This document shows, in pieces, positions 18,566 to 28,627 of a stretch of 34,067 bases of DNA (position 1 is its first letter; every line of letters begins with the position of its first letter). A program made the translations under genes and the position numbers. The DNA comes from an uncultured Dehalococcoidia bacterium (GTDB taxonomy: Bacteria > Chloroflexota > Dehalococcoidia > Lucifugimonadales > UBA3495): NCBI GenBank assembly GCA_950072105.1, contig CATMOE010000042.1, positions 1-34,067 of the forward strand, given 5' to 3'. The notes under the pieces were generated by a model. The model was not told where the DNA came from. It saw nothing but the letters and a program-made list of their open reading frames with translations, and searched no databases.

Positions 18566-19550
18566 CCACGGAACACCAATTTCCGCCGAGTTGGTCCGCT
18601 TTGACGCCCTGGTTGAAGGTTATCCTGATTACCTTAGAGGGCAGCGGGGGCTGTCGGAAAACACGGTCCGGATCTACCTAGACGACATCGGCTCCTTCCG
18701 GCAATACCTCGGTTTGGAAGAGGTAACTCTGAAAGATATGGACCGGGCGATGCTCCGGGGATACATGGCCTGGCTGGCCACCGATGCCCTGGATGGCAAG
18801 GGATACGCCCGGGTCAGCATCGCCCGTAAACTCACGGTGTTACGTTCCTTCTACTTGTTTCTAGTGCAGCAAGGATTGTTCAAAGCTAGTCCGGTGCCGT
18901 CGGGCCGGAGTTACCGCGTGAAGGTCCAAAAACCCCTTCCCAGTTTTCTGGGACAGCGGGATGTGGCCCGGCTTTTGGATGCCCCGGATGAAGCGTCTCC
19001 TTTGGGACTGCGGGACCGGGCGATCTTGGAAGTGCTCTACTCCTGCGGCGTTCGGCTGGGCGAAATACAAACCATGGACCTGCCTCACGTGAACTTCACC
19101 AGTAAAGAGATTCTGGTCCGGGGCAAGGGCTCTAAAGAAAGATGGGTGCTATTCGGCCAGCCTGCCGCCACGGCATTGCGGCGCTACCTGGACGAAGGGA
19201 GGCCCCAACTTGCGATACGCCCTGAATCGGCGCTCTTCTTAAACCGTTACGGCGCCCGGCTATCTCGCCGGAGCATGGAAAAGCTGGTCGGCCGCTACGG
19301 GATCCAGGCGCAGACAACCCTGGGGGTACATCCCCATACCCTGCGGCATTCCTTCGCTACCCACATGTTGGAAGGGGGCGCGGACCTGCGAGTGATTCAG
19401 GAATTGCTGGGACATTCCAGCCCCAGCACCACCCAGATATACACCCATGTCACCAAGCAGGAGGCCCTTTCGGCCTATCTTACCAACCATCCCCGCTCCG
19501 ATATGCCGCCGGTTTCATCAGCACCTCCGGAGACTGATCCTGATGACTAA
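18555..19550 (+). CDS. xerC: Chromosomal tyrosine recombinase XerC/XerD
   Basis: All catalytic residues present (GVRLGE, GKGSK, HTLRHSFATH, LLGH, TQIYTH). Located directly after topA. Confidence 0.88.
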   Translation: MAIDHGTPISAELVRFDALVEGYPDYLRGQRGLSENTVRIYLDDIGSFRQYLGLEEVTLKDMDRAMLRGYMAWLATDALDGKGYARVSIARKLTVLRSFYLFLVQQGLFKASPVPSGRSYRVKVQKPLPSFLGQRDVARLLDAPDEASPLGLRDRAILEVLYSCGVRLGEIQTMDLPHVNFTSKEILVRGKGSKERWVLFGQPAATALRRYLDEGRPQLAIRPESALFLNRYGARLSRRSMEKLVGRYGIQAQTTLGVHPHTLRHSFATHMLEGGADLRVIQELLGHSSPSTTQIYTHVTKQEALSAYLTNHPRSDMPPVSSAPPETDPDD

Positions 19551-19992
19551 GTTCCTAGTGCTCAACGGACCGAATATCAACGCCCTAGGCCGCCGGGACA
19601 TTGGTATCTACGGCGCTATGACCTTGGACGATGTGAATCGGGAAGTGTCTCAACTGGCCGATAAACTGGGAGTGGAGATCACTTTCTTCCAGTCCAACGT
19701 GGAAGGGCACTTGGTTGATTGCATCCAAGAGCATTTTGGGACCATCCAAGGGATCATCATTAATCCCGGTGCTTTGACCCATTACAGCTATACATTAAAG
19801 GACGGCCTCATCGACGCCGGAGTGCCGATCATTGAGGTTCATCTGAGCAACCCTTACGCAAGAGATGAATGGCGGCGTCATTCCGTCGTTACCGACATCG
19901 CCCGAGGCCAGATTGCGGGGTTTGGTTGGAGAAGTTATACTGCGGCTCTGGACATTCTTGCCGCGATAATCAAAGAAGAGGGACCGCAATGA
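19543..19992 (+). CDS. aroQ: Type II 3-dehydroquinate dehydratase
   Basis: LNGPNINALGRR..IYG, QSNVEG, INPGALTHYS, EVHLSN. ATG 19543 overlaps the xer stop. Confidence 0.95.
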   Translation: MTKFLVLNGPNINALGRRDIGIYGAMTLDDVNREVSQLADKLGVEITFFQSNVEGHLVDCIQEHFGTIQGIIINPGALTHYSYTLKDGLIDAGVPIIEVHLSNPYARDEWRRHSVVTDIARGQIAGFGWRSYTAALDILAAIIKEEGPQ

Positions 19993-21056
19993 GCGACCGC
20001 CTGGAGCGAGTGGCGGGTCAACTGGCCGAGAGAAATCTGGACGCGATCCTGATCTCGGCTCCGGAAAACCGCCGCTATCTCTCAGGGTTCACCGGGTCCT
20101 CGGGATACTTGCTCATCACCCCCAGCCGGGCCATGTTGTTTACCGACTCACGTTACTCCGAGCAGGCCGTCAATCAAGCGCCCGATTTTCAGGTAATTCA
20201 GGTGCGAGGCGGTTGGGGCTGGTTGGTGGAGCAACTCAAGGAAACCGGCGTTCAACGGGTTGGATTTGAAAGTCGGCATATGACCGTGGCTAATTATGAG
20301 AAAGTACGGGATGCCCTGAAAGAAGACGGGAATCTGGGTAAAGTTTCGTTGGTTGCTGCCTCCGGCATCGCTGAAGAGCATCGAGTGTTTAAAGACTCGG
20401 AAGAGATGGCGCTGCTGCAGAAGGCGATCGACGCCTCGGACTCGGCGATGGAAGCTGTCTGCCCTACTATTCAAGAAGGCATGACCGAGAAGGAAGTCGC
20501 GTGGCGGATGGAAATGGCGATGCGGGAGTTCGGCGCCGACGGACTCAGCTTCGACACCATCGTGGCCTCCGGTCCCAATGGCGCGATGGCGCACCATATG
20601 CCCTCGGACCGACCCATACAGGCCGGGGAGCCCATAGTCATCGACATGGGAGCAATAGCAGACGGGTATTGCTCGGATATAACCCGCACCGTCGTGGTCG
20701 GCGAGCCTGACGAGACTTTCAATAAGATTTACGACATCGTGTTGGGGGCCCAACTCACCGCAATAAATACGGTAAAGGCCGGTATGAGCGGTGAGGACTG
20801 TGACGGATTGTCGCGGATGGTCATCGCCGAGGCGGGTTATGGAGATAATTTCGGCCACAGTCTGGGTCATGGCGTCGGCTTAGAGGTTCACGAGAGCCCA
20901 AGGGTTGGCCCCAACTCCCCGGAAACCCTGGAGCCGAACATGGTGTTCACCGTGGAGCCCGGCATTTATTTAACGGGCTGGGGTGGCGTCCGAATCGAGG
21001 ATATCGTGGTCCTTGGAGACGATGGAGCAAAGGTCCTGAGCAAAGCTTCCAAATAA
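19989..21056 (+). CDS. pepP: Xaa-Pro aminopeptidase/dipeptidase (M24B)
   Basis: YLSGFTGS, TDSRY, IDMG..GYCSDITRT, HSLGHGVGLEVHE, TVEPGIY, GVRIED. Confidence 0.9.
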   Translation: MSDRLERVAGQLAERNLDAILISAPENRRYLSGFTGSSGYLLITPSRAMLFTDSRYSEQAVNQAPDFQVIQVRGGWGWLVEQLKETGVQRVGFESRHMTVANYEKVRDALKEDGNLGKVSLVAASGIAEEHRVFKDSEEMALLQKAIDASDSAMEAVCPTIQEGMTEKEVAWRMEMAMREFGADGLSFDTIVASGPNGAMAHHMPSDRPIQAGEPIVIDMGAIADGYCSDITRTVVVGEPDETFNKIYDIVLGAQLTAINTVKAGMSGEDCDGLSRMVIAEAGYGDNFGHSLGHGVGLEVHESPRVGPNSPETLEPNMVFTVEPGIYLTGWGGVRIEDIVVLGDDGAKVLSKASK

Positions 21057-21221
21057 AGCATTCAGCTTTCAGCAATCAGCTGTCAGGACTCAGCCGGCGC
21101 CGCGAGCAGAAAGATTCGCCAGAATCAGAAAATTGAACGGACGTGACCCGGATTGCCGCTGAAAGGAGGCGGAATCCTCACGCCTGAACCTACAGTAGCT
21201 GATAGCCGATGGCTGACAGCT
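21057..21221. repeat. Inverted arrays of heptamer tandem repeats flanking a ~100-nt spacer
   Basis: Left arm AGCATTC AGCTTTC AGCAATC AGCTGTC AGGACTC (21057-21091). Right arm GCTGATA GCCGATG GCTGACA GCT (21198-21221), the reverse complement of the left motif. Confidence 0.75.
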
Positions 21222-21243
21222 TGTTACCGGAAGGGAGGTTGGA

Positions 21244-21810
21244 ATGAGCATCAACTTTAGCGATCTAAGCAAGGGAATGGTCATTGAATTGGACGACCAG
21301 CCCTGGCAAATAATGGATTACGAGCGCCACAAGATGCAGCAGCGGGCGCCCGTTACCCGAATAAAGATGAAGAACCTCCTCAGCGGAGCGGTAGTAGAGA
21401 GAACTTTCCAAAGATACGACACCTCATTCTCCATGGCGGACATCGAAAACCGGCGGACCCAGTATATGTACACTGACGGGGACTATTACCACTTCCTGGA
21501 CGAAGAAACCTTCGACCAGTATGAACTGGACATCAGCCAATTGGGCAAAGCCCTCGATTATCTGAAAGAGCAGATGGTTGTTGAAGCCGTCTTTTACAAA
21601 GGGAAGGTGATTAACATCAACCTTCCGACTCACGTAGATCTGGAAGTGAAAGAGACCCCGCCGAATTTCCAAGGGAACACCGCTCAGGGGGGCACTAAGC
21701 CGGCCACCCTGGAAACGGGGCTGCGGGTAACCGTGCCGACCTTTGTCACCGCGGGCAATATAGTCCGGGTGGATACGCGCACCGGAGAATATACCGAGCG
21801 AGTTAGCTAG
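21244..21810 (+). CDS. efp: Elongation factor P with an atypical tip loop (KMQQRAP)
   Basis: GNTAQGGTKPATLETG, VRVDTRTGEY. 188 aa, GGAGGT SD, aroQ-pepP-efp synteny. Confidence 0.95.
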   Translation: MSINFSDLSKGMVIELDDQPWQIMDYERHKMQQRAPVTRIKMKNLLSGAVVERTFQRYDTSFSMADIENRRTQYMYTDGDYYHFLDEETFDQYELDISQLGKALDYLKEQMVVEAVFYKGKVININLPTHVDLEVKETPPNFQGNTAQGGTKPATLETGLRVTVPTFVTAGNIVRVDTRTGEYTERVS

Positions 21811-21814
21811 CTCA

Positions 21815-23065
21815 GTGGCTGTATACACCGTCAGCCAAGTATCGCAACATGTTAAAGAGGTCTTGGAAAGCGACCCGCTACTGGCCGACGTGCTGGTGGA
21901 GGGTGAGGTTTCCAATCTCCGGGTCTCTTCCGCCGGCCACTCTTATTTCTCCCTGAAAGACGACCAAGCCCTGCTTAACTGCGTCATGTTTCGCGGCCAG
22001 CCGGGAGCGGAATTGCTCGCCGGTGGCACGGCGGTTTTGGTCCATGGGCGACTCCAGTTCTACGAACCCCGGGGCACCACCGACTTCATGGTGGATCTGG
22101 CCATGGCCGCCGGGGTGGGCGAATTGGCCTTGGAATTAGAACGGTTGACCCTACGCTTGGAAGCCGAGGGGTTGTTCGACGAGTCTCGAAAGCGGCCCCT
22201 ACCGTCCTTCCCCAAGGTCATCGGCGTGGTGACATCCCCCTCCGGCGCGGTATTCCATGACATCCAAAACGTCATCCAAAGACGCTACCCTCTAGTGGAG
22301 CTTCTACTTGCTCCATCGTTGGTGCAAGGCCCGAAAGCCGCCGCTGAGATCGTCTCGGCCATTGAAGGCCTTAATCGGGACGGCCGGGCCGATGTCATAG
22401 TGCTGGCGCGGGGCGGGGGCGCTTTGGAGGAGCTGTGGCCCTTCAACGAAGAGATCGTGGCGAGGGCCATCTACGCCAGCCACATCCCCACCGTCAGCGC
22501 GATAGGTCACGAAACTGACTTCACCATTTCTGACCGGGTGGCCGATCTGAGAGCTCCGACGCCGTCGGCGGCGGCGGAGATCGTGGCCCCCGACCAATAC
22601 GTCTTGAGACAGCAGTTGGACGAAGTTCTAGCCTATCTTGACCGGGCCTGGGCCTATCAGGTGGATTCGCGCCGCGACGATGTGGCCCGGCTGTCAGGAA
22701 ACCTTGAAGGAATCCTGCCTGATACGGGCAACTGGCGCCGGAAGGTCGATGACATTGCCAGAGGCGCGGGAATCACCCTGACCAACCGGTTGAAAATCAT
22801 CCGTATGCAAGTGGAAAACCGGGAAGACCGGGTGCGCGCCCTGGATCCCGTTGCCACGCTACGCCGGGGCTATTCCGTGGTTCAGAAACGGGTCACCGGC
22901 CAAGTTGTAACCAATTTGGACCAGGTTGAAGATGGTGATGCCCTTTCTATCACCGTCAGCGACGGTCAAGTAGAGGCCACCGCCGGCCATGCGGTCAAGC
23001 CCAAAACCGTCATCAGGAAGAAAAAGGCCGTGGCCGCGGGCGCCGGTATGGAGCGCCTGATCTAG
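21815..23065 (+). CDS. xseA: Exodeoxyribonuclease VII large subunit
   Basis: VEGEVSN, GHSYFSLKD, GVVTSPSGAV, ARGGG, SAIGHETD, APTPSAAAE, TLRRGYS. Confidence 0.95.
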   Translation: MAVYTVSQVSQHVKEVLESDPLLADVLVEGEVSNLRVSSAGHSYFSLKDDQALLNCVMFRGQPGAELLAGGTAVLVHGRLQFYEPRGTTDFMVDLAMAAGVGELALELERLTLRLEAEGLFDESRKRPLPSFPKVIGVVTSPSGAVFHDIQNVIQRRYPLVELLLAPSLVQGPKAAAEIVSAIEGLNRDGRADVIVLARGGGALEELWPFNEEIVARAIYASHIPTVSAIGHETDFTISDRVADLRAPTPSAAAEIVAPDQYVLRQQLDEVLAYLDRAWAYQVDSRRDDVARLSGNLEGILPDTGNWRRKVDDIARGAGITLTNRLKIIRMQVENREDRVRALDPVATLRRGYSVVQKRVTGQVVTNLDQVEDGDALSITVSDGQVEATAGHAVKPKTVIRKKKAVAAGAGMERLI

Positions 23066-23174
23066 GTCCACCACGTGTTACCAATGGATTCCGTCAGGAG
23101 ATTTATTCGGCACGATTCGTCTACGGGGCGGTAGGGGAAATCCGCTTTCAGGCTAAACCGGGGAGACGTTGGAT

Positions 23175-23438
23175 ATGGCTGACTCACCAGAACCTCAGTC
23201 TACACAAGAACTGGACACCCTTTTATTTGAAGAGGCCTTTCGCCGCTTGAACGAGATGGCCGAATCTCTGGATGATGGGGGCTTGAGCCTCGCCGACGCT
23301 ACTGCTCGATATGAAGAGGGCATGAATCTGGTCCGGCGCTGCAATCAGTTGTTGGATGAGGCCGAACTGAAGATCACGAACTTGAAAGACAGTTTCTCGT
23401 CGAACTCAGACGAGGAAGAGTGGGAACCACAGGCGTAG
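23175..23438 (+). CDS. xseB: Exodeoxyribonuclease VII small subunit
   Basis: FEEAFRRL..L..G.LSL....YEEGM.L...C...L..AELKI pattern. Follows xseA. Alternative start TTG 23169. Confidence 0.92.
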   Translation: MADSPEPQSTQELDTLLFEEAFRRLNEMAESLDDGGLSLADATARYEEGMNLVRRCNQLLDEAELKITNLKDSFSSNSDEEEWEPQA

Positions 23439-23460
23439 ATTTCTCCGTGTTGGATGTTGG

Positions 23461-24300
23461 GTGGCTATGCTTAATATCGGCTGGTTTTCCACCGGGAGAG
23501 GGCCCGGTTCTCAAGGATTGTTGCGATTTGTCCAGGACCGCTTGGCAATAGGTCTATTGGATGCCCGCATCCAGTTCGTTTTCAGCAACCGGGAGCCCGG
23601 CGAGGCCGAAGGTTCGGACCAGTTTTTTGAGCTAGCCGGGAAGTACGGCTTGCCCCTGATCACTCTCTCCTCCAACAAGTTCCGGAGAGCGCTGGGGGGC
23701 CGGTTTGCCGACCATCGGGACGAATACGACGTCCGGGTGATGGAATTGCTAGGCGAATTTCAACCGGATATCTGCGTGCTGGCCGGATACATGTTGATCG
23801 TGGGCGGCGACATGTGCCGCCAGTATTCCCTTCTGAACCTGCACCCAGCTTTGCCCGACGGCCCCACCGGCACTTGGCAAGAGGTTGTTTGGCGTCTGAT
23901 CGAAACCAAGGCCACCCAGACTGGCGCAATGATCCACCTGGCCACCGAAGAAGTGGATAGGGGGCCGTTGATCTCTTACTGCACGGCGCCGCTGACCGGT
24001 TCGGAGTTCGATGTGCATCGGCAGGCTTTGGAACAAAGGAATCTGGATCAGGTGAAGGAAGACGAAAGAGAGGAGTTTGCCCTGTTTCAGTTGATTCGTC
24101 AGGTCGAATATCAGAAGGAGCCCTACCTGCTATTTGAGACACTGCGGGCTGTAGCCGAGGGACGGCTAAGCATCAGGGATGGCGAGGTATTTGCCGGGAC
24201 GCACTCCGGCCGCCTAGGGACAAATACTTTTCAAGGTATATGCCTGGACCCGGAGATAAAACGGGCAATGGCTTCGGAACAAATCGGGAGCGGTTCTTAG
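23461..24300 (+). CDS. purN: Phosphoribosylglycinamide formyltransferase-like (PurN family) with C-terminal extension
   Basis: [39 protein letters not shown] (catalytic N/H/D). Alternative start ATG 23467. Confidence 0.75.
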   Translation: MAMLNIGWFSTGRGPGSQGLLRFVQDRLAIGLLDARIQFVFSNREPGEAEGSDQFFELAGKYGLPLITLSSNKFRRALGGRFADHRDEYDVRVMELLGEFQPDICVLAGYMLIVGGDMCRQYSLLNLHPALPDGPTGTWQEVVWRLIETKATQTGAMIHLATEEVDRGPLISYCTAPLTGSEFDVHRQALEQRNLDQVKEDEREEFALFQLIRQVEYQKEPYLLFETLRAVAEGRLSIRDGEVFAGTHSGRLGTNTFQGICLDPEIKRAMASEQIGSGS

Positions 24301-25589
24301 GCTGACTTTTCCACCAAACCCAGGGATATGCTCAGGGGTTCACCGGACTCGCCAATCAGAACCGGGTCTTCCGATCCTTCAACCGCCTCCCGTCCCACTA
24401 TGCACCGCGCGACATCGGTCAATGAAGGAAGCTCGTACATCACGTCGAGCAAAGTCTCTTCGATGATGTAGCGCAGGCTCCGGGCGCCGGTCTGATGTTC
24501 CAGAGCCCGCTCGGCGGCGGCTTCCAGCCCTTCCGGGGTGAATTCCAATTCCACACCGTCCATGCTGAATAGCTGTTGGTATTGCTTTACTATAGCGTTC
24601 TTAGGCTCGGTAAGTACTCGGACCAAAGAGTCTTTGTCCAGGGAATCCAGGGACACGGTTACCGGTAGCCGGCCCACCATTTCAGGGATGAACCCGAATT
24701 GCAGCAAGTCTTCCGGAGCAACTTGGCTTAGGTAATTAGGTTCCTCTTCTTCCCCACCCCTGCCACCGGCGAGGAAACCCAAGCGAGAGGAACCGGACGC
24801 CAGCCTTCGAGAGACGATGTCGTCCAAGCCGTCAAAGGCCCCACCGCAAATGAACAGGACGTTACGGGTGTCGATCTGCAGAAATTCTTGGTGAGGGTGC
24901 TTGCGGCCTCCTTGCGGCGGCACGTTGGCGACGCACCCTTCAATGATCTTGAGTAGCTCTTGCTGGACGCCTTCGCCGGATACGTCCCTGGTGATAGAGC
25001 GGTTCACGCCTTCTTTGCGGGCGATTTTATCCAACTCGTCGATGTAGATGATGCCATGCTCGGCCCGGGCCACATCCCAGTCGGCTGCCTGAATCAAACG
25101 GAGGAGGATGTTTTCCACATCCTCCCCCACATATCCAGACTCGGTGAGCGACGTCGCGTCGCATACGGCGAATGGCACATCAAGAGTGCGGGCCAGAGTT
25201 TCGGCCAAGAGGGTCTTGCCGCAGCCGGTAGGGCCCATCAGCAAGATGTTGGTCTTTTGGAGCTCAATATCCGAGGAGTTCTTGCCGTTCCAGATCCGTT
25301 TGAAGTGGTTGTAGACGGCCACGCTCAGAATCTTTTTAGCCCGATCTTGACCGATAACGTAGGTTTCCAGGTTGGAGTAAATCTTTCGGGGAACCAGCGG
25401 TCCGTCATCCCCCCGGTCCACCGCTGTCTTGGGGGTCTCTTCTTCAACCAATTGGTTTAAAACTTGGATACAATCGTAGCAGACCGCCGCCCTTCCCTGT
25501 CCAGCCATAACCAAACGGGACCTTGCCTGAGATTTCTCGCAAAACGAACACTGCGAGATCCTCGGCGCGTTTTTATTGCTGGCCAACAC
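24297..25589 (-). CDS. clpX: ATP-dependent Clp protease ATP-binding subunit ClpX
   Basis: CSFC..CYDC zinc finger, [41 protein letters not shown] loop. The stop codon overlaps the convergent purN stop. Confidence 0.97.
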   Translation of the reverse strand: MLASNKNAPRISQCSFCEKSQARSRLVMAGQGRAAVCYDCIQVLNQLVEEETPKTAVDRGDDGPLVPRKIYSNLETYVIGQDRAKKILSVAVYNHFKRIWNGKNSSDIELQKTNILLMGPTGCGKTLLAETLARTLDVPFAVCDATSLTESGYVGEDVENILLRLIQAADWDVARAEHGIIYIDELDKIARKEGVNRSITRDVSGEGVQQELLKIIEGCVANVPPQGGRKHPHQEFLQIDTRNVLFICGGAFDGLDDIVSRRLASGSSRLGFLAGGRGGEEEEPNYLSQVAPEDLLQFGFIPEMVGRLPVTVSLDSLDKDSLVRVLTEPKNAIVKQYQQLFSMDGVELEFTPEGLEAAAERALEHQTGARSLRYIIEETLLDVMYELPSLTDVARCIVGREAVEGSEDPVLIGESGEPLSISLGLVEKSA

Positions 25590-25737
25590 TCACCCCCAGA
25601 TCTACGAAGATACCTCCGAAACCGAATCCGATAATCCCTTTCCCGTGCCACCCTGGTTGCCAGGCTTTGCCGGCCTCGGGAACCGTAGGGCTAATCTCAT
25701 CTTTGGATTCGAAACTATTGGGTCGACGATGTTTTAT

Positions 25738-26463
25738 CTAATCTTTTTTCTCTTCGCTGGAGTCCTTTTTCTCTTCGCCGGAGTCATCGGATGTGTCTGA
25801 TTTGGAACCAAGTATCTCATCTACCAAGGAGTATTCGACTGCTTGCTGTGATGTGAGATAAAAGTCGCGGTCCGTATCCCTGGCGATCTTGTCATAAGTT
25901 TGACCGGTGTTTTCGGACAGGATGTTACGTATCGTGTCTTGCAACCGGAGAATCTCCCGGGCGGCGATCTCTATATCACTGGCCTGGCCCTGGGCGCCTC
26001 CCATCGGCTGGTGCATGTGGATGGTGGAGTTGGGTAAGGCGTAGCGTTTTCCCTTGGCGCCGCCGGACAGCAATATCGTAGCCATGCTGGCGGCCATGCC
26101 GAGGCATATGGTGGACACTTCGGGACTGATAAGCCGCATAGTGTCGTATATCGCCAAGCCGGAACTAATGACTCCTCCGGGGCTGTTGATGTATATGCTG
26201 ATGCCTTTGTCCGGGTCTTCCCGTTCGAGGAAAAGGAGTTGGGCGATAATCACGTTGGCCATGTGGTCGTTGATCTGAGTGCCCAAGAAGATGATCCGCT
26301 CTTTCAACAGTAGAGAGTAGATATCAAATGCCCGCTCTCCCCGGGGACTGGTTTCAATAACCATGGGAATAATACTTTCGGGGACAAACAATCCTTGTTC
26401 TCCAGCCGTCTGGCCGAAGCCCGCTGCTTGGTTGACCGATGGATCTTGGGGGTAGTTAAGCAT
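25738..26463 (-). CDS. clpP: ATP-dependent Clp protease proteolytic subunit
   Basis: [29 protein letters not shown] (Ser), HQP (His), DRD (Asp). ATG 26463 overlaps the tig stop. Confidence 0.95.
   Translation of the reverse strand: MLNYPQDPSVNQAAGFGQTAGEQGLFVPESIIPMVIETSPRGERAFDIYSLLLKERIIFLGTQINDHMANVIIAQLLFLEREDPDKGISIYINSPGGVISSGLAIYDTMRLISPEVSTICLGMAASMATILLSGGAKGKRYALPNSTIHMHQPMGGAQGQASDIEIAAREILRLQDTIRNILSENTGQTYDKIARDTDRDFYLTSQQAVEYSLVDEILGSKSDTSDDSGEEKKDSSEEKKD
25742..25785. repeat. 21-bp tandem duplication encoding the ClpP tail [15 protein letters not shown]
   Basis: TCTTTTTTCTCTTCGCTGGAG followed by TCCTTTTTCTCTTCGCCGGAG (2 mismatches). Confidence 0.8.
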
Positions 26464-27856
26464 CTGGTTCTGCTCCTTGCTCTGGTACTTCAGGGTCCGG
26501 CGAACCGGCCGCAGTGGTTTCTTCTTCGGTGTCTTCGGCGTTGTCATCGTTGGTAGGCTGGTCATCAGACACGGGGGCTGCCGCCCCGGCGATCTCCACC
26601 AAACGGGTCATGACCTGACGGTTTACCAAGGATGACCGTATAGACTCCCGGGCGCTTTCGGAGGAAAGGGAACCTCTCATCGATTCCTCGGAATCCCCCG
26701 CTGTGGCAACTATGGAATCAATCTCAGATTGGATGTCTTCCGGCGAGACTTCGATATCTTCTTCCTGGGCCAATTTCCGGAGCACCAAGTAGGTGTTCAG
26801 CCGCTCCTCGGCTCTAGGCCGAAGCTCCTCCCGCCACTCCTCGCTGGTTTTCCCGATGTAACCAAGGTAGGTATCCATATCCATGCGCTGGCTGCGCAAC
26901 GATCGCTCACGTTCCTCGTACATGTGGTCCAGTTCTCGCTGATAGATCAGATCTGACGCCTGAATCGAAGCCGTTTTGAGCAACTCTTGCAGGCTGGCAT
27001 CTTGAGCTTGGCGCTCCGCGGAGGCTTCGGCGTCTTCCCTTATCCGCCCTCGCACGAAGTCTTTGAGGGCCTCCATGTTTTCATAACCGTCCCTGATCCC
27101 TTTGGCGAATTCATCGTCCAACTCAGCGAGCAGCTTCTCTTTAATGGAGAGCACTTCAACTTTGAACTGACAATCTTTACCGGCGTATTCCTCTTGGTTG
27201 TGGTCTTCGGGAACGGAAAGGGAGAACTCTTTTGTTTCTCCGGCGGCCATGCCTTCCAGGTTTGCTGAGAACCCGGGCATGGGCATGGGATTGTCTTCTT
27301 GCGGGATGAAGTCGACCTCTTTATCGTTGATGGCTTGTTCCCCTTCGATGGTGCCATCGACGTTCAAGTTCAGCAGGTCACCAAATTGGACGGGGCGTTC
27401 CACCGGGTCCCAAGGGGCCGCTTCAGATCGAAGCTGCTCAATGACTTGGTCCACCTGGTCGTCACTGACCGTTACCGGTTCCCGGTCCACGTGGATACTT
27501 CGAAAATCGCCCAGGTCCACCAGCGGCTCTAAAGGAACAATCGCTTTGAATGATACGGGTTCAATCTCTAGAAGTTCCAACTGGGGGTCGGCAAAGGCTT
27601 GGATATCTTCATCGCTGAGGACTTGGTCCAGGGTCTCTGGAATCATGAATTCCAGCGCTTCCTGCACCAAAGCGGTGCGGCCCAAATGACTTTCTACTAT
27701 TGATCTGGGGGCTTTACCAGGGCGGAAACCAGGAATCTTAACCCGGCTCGCCAACCGGCGGTAAGACCGGCCGATGAAGGGCTCTTCGTCCTCGGACGCC
27801 ATGGTTACATTGAGGGTGATATCTGTGGGGGTTACGGACTCCTTGGTGACGATCAC
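26456..27856 (-). CDS. tig: Trigger factor
   Basis: [10 protein letters not shown] ribosome-binding signature, FKBP-like middle domain, canonical tig-clpP-clpX order. Confidence 0.95.
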   Translation of the reverse strand: MIVTKESVTPTDITLNVTMASEDEEPFIGRSYRRLASRVKIPGFRPGKAPRSIVESHLGRTALVQEALEFMIPETLDQVLSDEDIQAFADPQLELLEIEPVSFKAIVPLEPLVDLGDFRSIHVDREPVTVSDDQVDQVIEQLRSEAAPWDPVERPVQFGDLLNLNVDGTIEGEQAINDKEVDFIPQEDNPMPMPGFSANLEGMAAGETKEFSLSVPEDHNQEEYAGKDCQFKVEVLSIKEKLLAELDDEFAKGIRDGYENMEALKDFVRGRIREDAEASAERQAQDASLQELLKTASIQASDLIYQRELDHMYEERERSLRSQRMDMDTYLGYIGKTSEEWREELRPRAEERLNTYLVLRKLAQEEDIEVSPEDIQSEIDSIVATAGDSEESMRGSLSSESARESIRSSLVNRQVMTRLVEIAGAAAPVSDDQPTNDDNAEDTEEETTAAGSPDPEVPEQGAEPDA

Positions 27857-27985
27857 CGCTGACTAACTCCGTTCTGTTGAGATGGTGTGGGCTCTGAGTT
27901 CTTGGGGATACCGGATGCTAGGCGTACTGAACACTGCCTTCCCCTCCCCACATCGCCGACGACTTTTGAACTTGGAATACGCCTC

Positions 27986-27994
27986 AGTATAGCA
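27986..27994 (-). promoter_or_regulatory. Extended -10 of the tig-clpP-clpX promoter
   Basis: Minus strand TG-C-TATACT, about 130 nt upstream of tig. Confidence 0.5.
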
Positions 27995-28199
27995 TAACCA
28001 CCCCTTTGTTAAAAGGTTACCGGCCTCACGCGCCCGGATGGACGGCGGTGATCACACGCCGTCTATTCAAGTGCTAGATGCGCGAACCTTAGCCGTATTG
28101 GTTCTGTCCCTACCTATATAAAGGATAGCGATGAAGTACCGAACTAGGGAAACGTAGATCACCGCCCTAGGAACGGCTTGAGACTTTTATTTGTCCAAA

Positions 28200-28264
28200 A
28201 CATAAAAAAGGTATAAAAATAATATTAAAAACCGTTGACATTTACATACCCTGATTGGTAAGTT
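28200..28264 (+). promoter_or_regulatory. Sigma70 promoter with AT-rich UP element for rsmH-ftsA-ftsZ
   Basis: A-tracts at 28200-28231, TTGACA at 28235-28240, TG-G-TAAGTT at 28256-28264 (18-nt spacer). Confidence 0.6.
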
Positions 28265-28627
28265 TGCCCAAATGGCGCGGATAAAGGTTTTGAGTGGACT
28301 AGAGCCCCATCGCCTTGCCGCACCAACGCCGGCGCAGGCCGTAAGGTACTAGCATCAGCCGGCCAACTTTGGCTAACCTGACGATTAGCAGGATAGCCGA
28401 TGGATCCCGGAACGGTAGCCTTTTAGAGTGGGTTAGGGGAAGAATCCCTGATCTGCTAATAAGCGATCACCTAACGAGTGGTTCCGTGGTGATCGGGCGG
28501 CCGACACAGTATGACAGCGGTAGGCAAGGTGCCCCAGGGCGGGCCAGAGCCTACTGTTCTGGGAGACACGGTGGTTCTTGCGGCAACGACAATCGAAAGG
28601 CCTTTTTACGAATCTTGGAGCGGCAGG

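Noticed and set aside
18555..19550. Tyrosine recombinase as the integrase of a mobile element
   Set aside because: It is embedded by overlaps in the dprA-topA-xer housekeeping operon, with no att repeats, tRNA or cargo genes.
28090..28180. Hairpin-rich stretch with GATGA...GAAA resembling a hammerhead ribozyme
   Set aside because: It lacks the CUGAnGA core and a proper stem II.
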